Assembly: GCF_000315625.1 (NCBI RefSeq)
Contig: NW_005434567.1
Span: forward strand, 1-64,000
Origin: Guillardia theta CCMP2712
Taxonomy: Eukaryota > Protista > Cryptophyta
Length of the DNA: 64,000 bases
Direction of reading: 5' to 3'
Of this stretch, positions 55,481 to 64,000 are shown one piece after another. The position numbers and the translations under genes were made by a program. Position 1 is the first letter of the stretch, and each line of letters opens with the position of its first letter. Under the pieces are notes generated by a model. The model was not told the origin of the DNA and made no database searches. It saw only the letters and a program-made list of their open reading frames with translations.

Positions 55481-58400
55481 CCTTCTCCCTTTGGCAGGCC
55501 TCCCGAGATATCCGACCAGCCTCCTCCTCCCGATTCATCAGGGGGTTCAGACTCGTCTGTGCAACGTTGGAAGTTACATTGAGACTGGGAGAGGGAGGAG
55601 AGGAGAGAGGAGAGAGCCAGAGCAAAAGCCAGAGCAAGAGCCAGAGCAGGAGCAGGAGCAGGAGCCGGAGCCAGAGCCAGAGCATTAGCAGGAGCAGGAG
55701 CAGGAGCAGGAGCAGAGGCAGGGGCAGGAGCAGGAGCAGGAGCCAAAGCAAGAGCAAGAGGAGGTTGAACAAGGGGAGAGCAGAGTTTAGAAGTACCTGG
55801 ATGATCTTGCTTGCTTTTCCATTTGTTCAGGTCCGCACCAACATTGATCTTCATGCCAGTGATGCCACTGAAACCAGCCCAAGTCAACTTCAGCTGCGCT
55901 CGCTGACCCTGACTCTCTTCCATGCCTCTCACTCCATCCTGCATCCCCTCCAACGATCGTCCCCGTCCACTCTGCATCACTCCCCATCCTCACTCGCCTC
56001 CTCCCACCCTGTCCGAACCTCTCTAGGTCATTGCTGCCAGTCCCTCCAGCCCTGTCCCCTCCACTTTCATCATCACCTGCCCTTCTTCTTCTTGTTCTTC
56101 TCCATCTTCTCCATCGCAGCTTGCGCGGCAGCTGGCAAGACCCTTCGTCACTCCTCCTCCTCCCCCTCCTCCTTCGCCTCTCCCTCCTCCTTCTCCTCCT
56201 TCTCCACTACCTGCTGCCTCCGCCGCCACTTGAGCCGCAGACTTCTCCGTCGATACCTGGCGGCCACAGGTCAGCACCGCCCCTCCCCACCATCCCATCC
56301 TCACGTTCGAGTTCTGCCCCCACGTTCCCTGGTGGCCCTCGATCTCCGCGTACTGCTGGGTCTCGAAGTCGAACTTGTAGTACTGGGACGGCAGGAGCGT
56401 GAGCAGCAGGGACGGGAAGGGCGACAAGCCTGCTCCCCCTCCTCCCCCTCCAGATCCCCCATGCCTTGGTCGACTCTGACCTTTTGAGCAGTCGGCTCGT
56501 AGTAGATGTTGGTAGAGGCGTCGAAGTAGTAGTTGGTCTGCCATGTTCGTCATCCCCGTGCTCAGCAGGCACCACCCCTCCTCACCTGTGCGTGATAGTA
56601 CCACCCTGAGCTCTCGTCGTACACAAACCCAGCTGGGACGTTAGCTGGGGTGGGGAAGGCCTGCCAGAGCAGTTGAGGGCCCGCAAAGCACCCCTCGACT
56701 TCCCACCTGCCCGGACCCGATGGCCATGGCTTGCTCGACTGCAATGTTGCCCTGAAAGCGGATCTCCGTCAGCGCAAGGAGGAAGTAGAGTCCCCGCTCG
56801 CACCTGCCCGATGCCAGTCGCTGCATAGCCGGCATCGGCTACGTCCTTGGGTCGTGCATAGGAGACAGAGATGGAACTGGGAGGACGAGAGGTCAGGTGG
56901 CGGAGCAGGTGGCGGAGCAGTTGGAGGTTACCTCCCCATAATGAGAAGCCCCTGAGACGCATACTTGTAGACAGCCTGCATTGAGCGATTGTCACTGGCA
57001 ATGGAAGGCTGGGGATCGTGGCGAGCACAATAGAGTAGCAGTACAAAGACATCAGAACAAAGATAACAACGGGAGCCGATCAAGTCACATTGCAAGGTGC
57101 TGTGTCATACCTGAGACGACAGGACGTTTCCATAGTCAACAAAACACATATTCTTGTCCGGGATGATCCTTATCTGCCGTTCAAGGGATGGTCCGAAGTC
57201 AAGCGGCATCGCACAGTTGTAACTGAGCGAGTGTAACGGTCCTTACCTCAGTGATCCTGGGCGGCCATTGCGACATAGCGATCCTGATGTGATAATCCGT
57301 CGTTTGCGGCGCCAGTCCTCGCCTGAGCCCGCATCAGTTCCGCCCGTGTACCTTCCCATGAAGCGACTCACAAGAGCAGGATCGAGCTCGGCTTCTCGAC
57401 CATCTCTGCCATCCCCGAGGCCTGCGAGCTGTGAGTCAACAAGGGAGCCACTGTCCTGTCAAGGTCTCACGTTCATGGCAGGAATCTGCGAGAGCGGGAG
57501 CTCGTTCCCATCCCGCGGCAGCGAGCACCTGGTACGCTGCTCAGCTCGAGAGGACGAGACAGTCTGCACCGTACGTGAAGCACACGTTCCGCCTTGCGAA
57601 GTTCATCGTGTTGCACGATGCACAGATCCAATCCTGTTTGGCATTCGCCGCGTTGGAGTTGTCTTGCCTCGACGTGTCTCTGCTGAACTCGATCCGTGCC
57701 TGCATCCAAAACTTCAAACGAGTCCACCGCGCCCGGCCACCTCCGGCCTACCTGAACTCCCTGTATGAAGATGCATCCACGAAGGGTGTCCATCACCTCC
57801 TCCGCAGTCTGCAGCGTATCCATGTCCACAAACGCGAGTCCCCTGCAAACAGCATCTCAGGGAGGACAAGGAGCGTGATCCTTGTTCCGACGCTCACCTG
57901 GACTCCCCAGTGTTGCGGTCCTTGGCAATCCGGACGCTGGTCGGGACGGTGAACTTAGCCAGCGCTTGACGGACATCTGATATAACCCCAAACAATCCAC
58001 AAATCGACTCAGCCCAGTAACAAAGTCTTCATTCGAGCAGAGAGAGTTTAGACCGTCTTCAGTTGTTGCATAACTCAGGCCTCGCAGGACAAGCGTTCTG
58101 TTGGGCTCGATGTTCTCCCGTGGCCTCTCCCGCTGGAAGCTAACCGCCGCAACGAAAAGCAACGAATCAGACAACACTGGATACTCCTCCAAGGGATGTG
58201 GGAGGATACTCTTCATCGCGGTGTCTCTTCCGAGGCGGCTCGTCCATGTACAGTTTGGGCTCACGCAGGTTGTCCCTGAGTTCATCGAGTAACATGTCAG
58301 GAACACCATCACGACAGGATGACACAACTAGATAGTCTTCACACCAACTTCACGTCTACCGGATCTTCACTATACCCCACTCCAACACCAACTTCACATC

Positions 58401-58497
58401 TACTTGCACTTCACTTTTCCCAATCACCTCGGGTAGCGCTCTCTGGACCGGCCGTACGAACGATCCCGGGACCAAGATCTGGATCTCGAGGACCAGG

Positions 58498-58536
<39 letters not shown>

Positions 58537-58867
58537 TCGACCTCCTCGTCCTCTCCGGCGATCTCCGTGTAGGAGAGGGTCGTCGATTCTCTGCGAGGAT
58601 GAACTGAAAGGCAGCCAGCCATAGCTCAACCCACCTCGGGCATAACGCAAGTCGCGCCTATCGTCGAAGTCCCTGTACCTCCGCCCGCTTGCTTCTTGGT
58701 TGTTGAAGTCTCCGCCTAGGGGGACACGTATGAGGATCAGATCAATCGTGCAAGTTAACAGAGTGCGAGCTGCTGCTGGCGCTTGCAGACGGATCAACGT
58801 AGCAACGAGGAGTACCGAAATCGCTGTCATGAAATCCAGCGCGGCCACCGTCCCCGTAGTACGCCAT
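54163..58867 (-). CDS. RBM5/RBM10/SUA-like splicing regulator (RS domain, RRM, RanBP2 zinc finger, probable second RRM, OCRE, C2H2, G-patch)
   Basis: NRTLVLRGLSYATTED, KDRNTGESR|..AFVDM (RNP1 region), DWICASCNTMNFARRNVCF, GFVYDESSGWYYH..YYFDASTNIYY (OCRE), CYICRRKFGSAEQLKKHEDQSDMH, KGSDLLRKMGWKEGEGLGKSG (G-patch). 3' end falls at or in the gap. Confidence 0.9.
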
Positions 58868-59669
58868 TGAAAAATCTTGGCTCTAGTGGGTCGTTCTCAT
58901 GAATTCTAATTGTCCAAGAAAAGTCAGAGTATCCCCGGCATGAGATCGGGGAATAGATGGACAAAGATATTGTATCACACAAACAAGATCGCTATCGTGG
59001 ACAATCTCGAACAGTGCAACACCCTTGCGCAATGTATGCTAATCCATAGTCATGTAAATCCACCAGAGCTAATGTCTTCTAATTCTCTCGATCTGCACAA
59101 CCATATGAAGAGGATTCTACTTTCCACTATAACATGGGCCCTGTTGAACATCGGCAGGAGAGCAAGGTGCCATGGACCTTTTTCCTCGTCACTTCAATGA
59201 TACCAGCTCATTGTCAACTGCACCATTCACAACTTATGCTTCTCCTTTCTCCTTATCTTTCATCTCCTCCTCCTCCTCCTCCTCCTCCTCCTCCTCCTCC
59301 TCCCTTCCCTCTCTCTCCCCTGCCGCCTCGCATGCCTGCAGAGTTGAAGCAGGAATTCTTTTGGTACAAATTACAGAGTTTTAAAACTTTTGTTTACATG
59401 TACAGAGGTACAAATCATAAAATATATATGGCTGTAACGAAGAGCCCCTAAAAGTGATATATATCGTTCAAATTCTCAGACTATCAGGTACTCTGTAGCT
59501 AATTTCTCGACACTACGGGATCAATTGTAATATTCTAAAATATTGCTGTCGTGATTTTTTGTTTAAAACAAATATTTACTGAATTTAGTGTACATTTTGT
59601 ACCAATGCATTATATGTAATGGTGATTTTAGTACTATGCCATGATGTTGCCAACTTGCAAGTTGAGCAG

Positions 59670-60010
59670 CTGCAATCGGCGCCGCCGAGCCGGCGTTCCA
59701 GACTGAGTTAGTGACTAACGCGGCCGCCCGGCCGTGCCGACCGGGCCCGGTGACCAAGCCGCCGCCGCTGAATGCCCGGCGACCTGGCGCAATCGCGGCC
59801 CGGCCAGCTGCACTCCCGCCGCCCCGAGACCTCCTGTCAGTGGCCCGGGTCGCCTCGGAGAGCTTGGCCCTCAGGAGCTGCCGTCTCGCTGGTACGGATC
59901 AGATCAGCCGCGCGATTCACGACTCATGATCGGATCCATACTGGATGATGGCCCGGCACAGGCGGCCGCTGAGACGGGCGGTGACTCACTGCCGCCGTGC
60001 GGCCTGCGCA
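59670..60010. other. GC-rich palindromic-word island
   Basis: Same vocabulary as the other islands. Confidence 0.65.
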
Positions 60011-60186
60011 GAACTTCTCCAGGCTAGACCACCGAACTGGCAGCCACAAACAAACACAATCACACACGCTGAGAGCGCTTGACTCGCCACTTAGAAACAT
60101 TCTTGTTAGCTGAGCAGGGCCTGCCCTCTCTAACGAATCAATAAAGCTCTGCCGCTACCGTGAGCCTTCTCGGGCCGCGCGGTCAT

Positions 60187-63002
<2,816 letters not shown>

Positions 63003-63679
63003 CCTGGAACAAGGCCTCCGCCCGATGCAGCAGCACCAGCTAGCTACCCAGCGTTGATGAAGGTCAGAGCCACCAGCTGACCACCTAAGGAGAGCGATCA
63101 CACACCGGGCACCGCCAGAAGCATGCTGCTTCTGCTACCGTCATACTTCTTGCGAGTACGTTCCTTGTTTGTTTCCCTCGCTTTCTAGCGCCTACTGTCG
63201 GAATAACAACAGCTTCTCTAATAAAATTATCTCCAACTATTTCCGCATGAAACCAATCTGAAGCTAGCCTCTGACTAGCCAGGAGCAGTACATAGTTTCA
63301 ACACACAGCCTTCCTGCCTTTCGACTCAAGGAAAAACATCTCTATCCTCTCTGACGCTTGAATGCCGCCCCCTCCCCCGCCATCTCTCCACACTGCACAA
63401 CAACGAGCAAACAGTGTGGCTGAAATTCATTTGTATCCTTTGATCGTTTCTCCAGCGCAGCTATCCCTCGTTTTCTCATGCTAATCACAATGCCTCCCTC
63501 CTCTCTCCCAACAGGAAACATCCCCCCGACCCCCCTCTCCCATCATTCTTCCCTCTCTCCTCCTCCTCATCTCCATTTTCCTCCCTTGCCTCCTGCTTCG
63601 CCCCTCCCCCCCCGGCCTCCTCCATCCTGCCGCTCCCTCACACCCGTGAGCATGTAGTACAGAGCTCCCATCACGCAAT

Positions 63680-63960
63680 GTCGGGACCACCCCTACCCCC
63701 CACTTTGACTGTCTTGAACCCGTGCTGTCTCTGTACCCTTGCACTTAACAGTACCCTACCCATCTTATTCCCCTCCACTTCTAGCTTCTCCCACCCTACC
63801 CCCTTTTACTAGTACCCCTACTCTTGATGAAGATCACACTACCCACCCCAAAGATTCCTAAAAAGCAGGTACCCGACCTAGACAAGTCCCTTTGGTTGAG
63901 GACCCTACCCTCAATTCAAGACCCTGCCCGTGTACAACATTTCACTTGCCCTTGGTTCTT
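63680..63960. other. ACCC-rich tract
   Basis: Repeated TACCC/CACCC words. Confidence 0.6.
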
Positions 63961-64000
63961 GCCAGCATTACCACAATTTTCAAATATTCAACTCTTCAAC

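Overview
Eukaryotic nuclear DNA: GC-rich, gene-dense, with many short GT-AG introns and purine/pyrimidine microsatellites, plus 5 assembly gaps. The style suggests a cryptophyte alga such as Guillardia theta (inference only). Recognisable genes: MORN-repeat protein, bystin, U-box protein, signal-peptide SET methyltransferase, a PKA regulatory-subunit-like protein made of THREE tandem R units, ABHD13-like hydrolase, RWP-RK factor, CFAP97-domain protein, HAD phosphatase, tail-anchored RING-H2 ligase, a large C2-like protein, a coiled-coil protein, an RBM5/RBM10/SUA-like splicing factor with an RS domain, and an SRPK. Three unexplained features stand out. (1) A dispersed repeat (core GTACTGATTTTTAACTTAACTTTGAGTAAA) lies in intergenic GC-rich palindromic islands; its copies differ by short GC-rich insertions, and inward-facing copies bracket the accessory-gene blocks. 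(2) A ~9 kb block at 40.5-49.7 kb carries two unknown families of small intronless genes (3 + 3 copies), including a gene palindrome. (3) The triple PKA-R polyprotein. Exon boundaries were read by eye and most gene ends are approximate; no database search was run.
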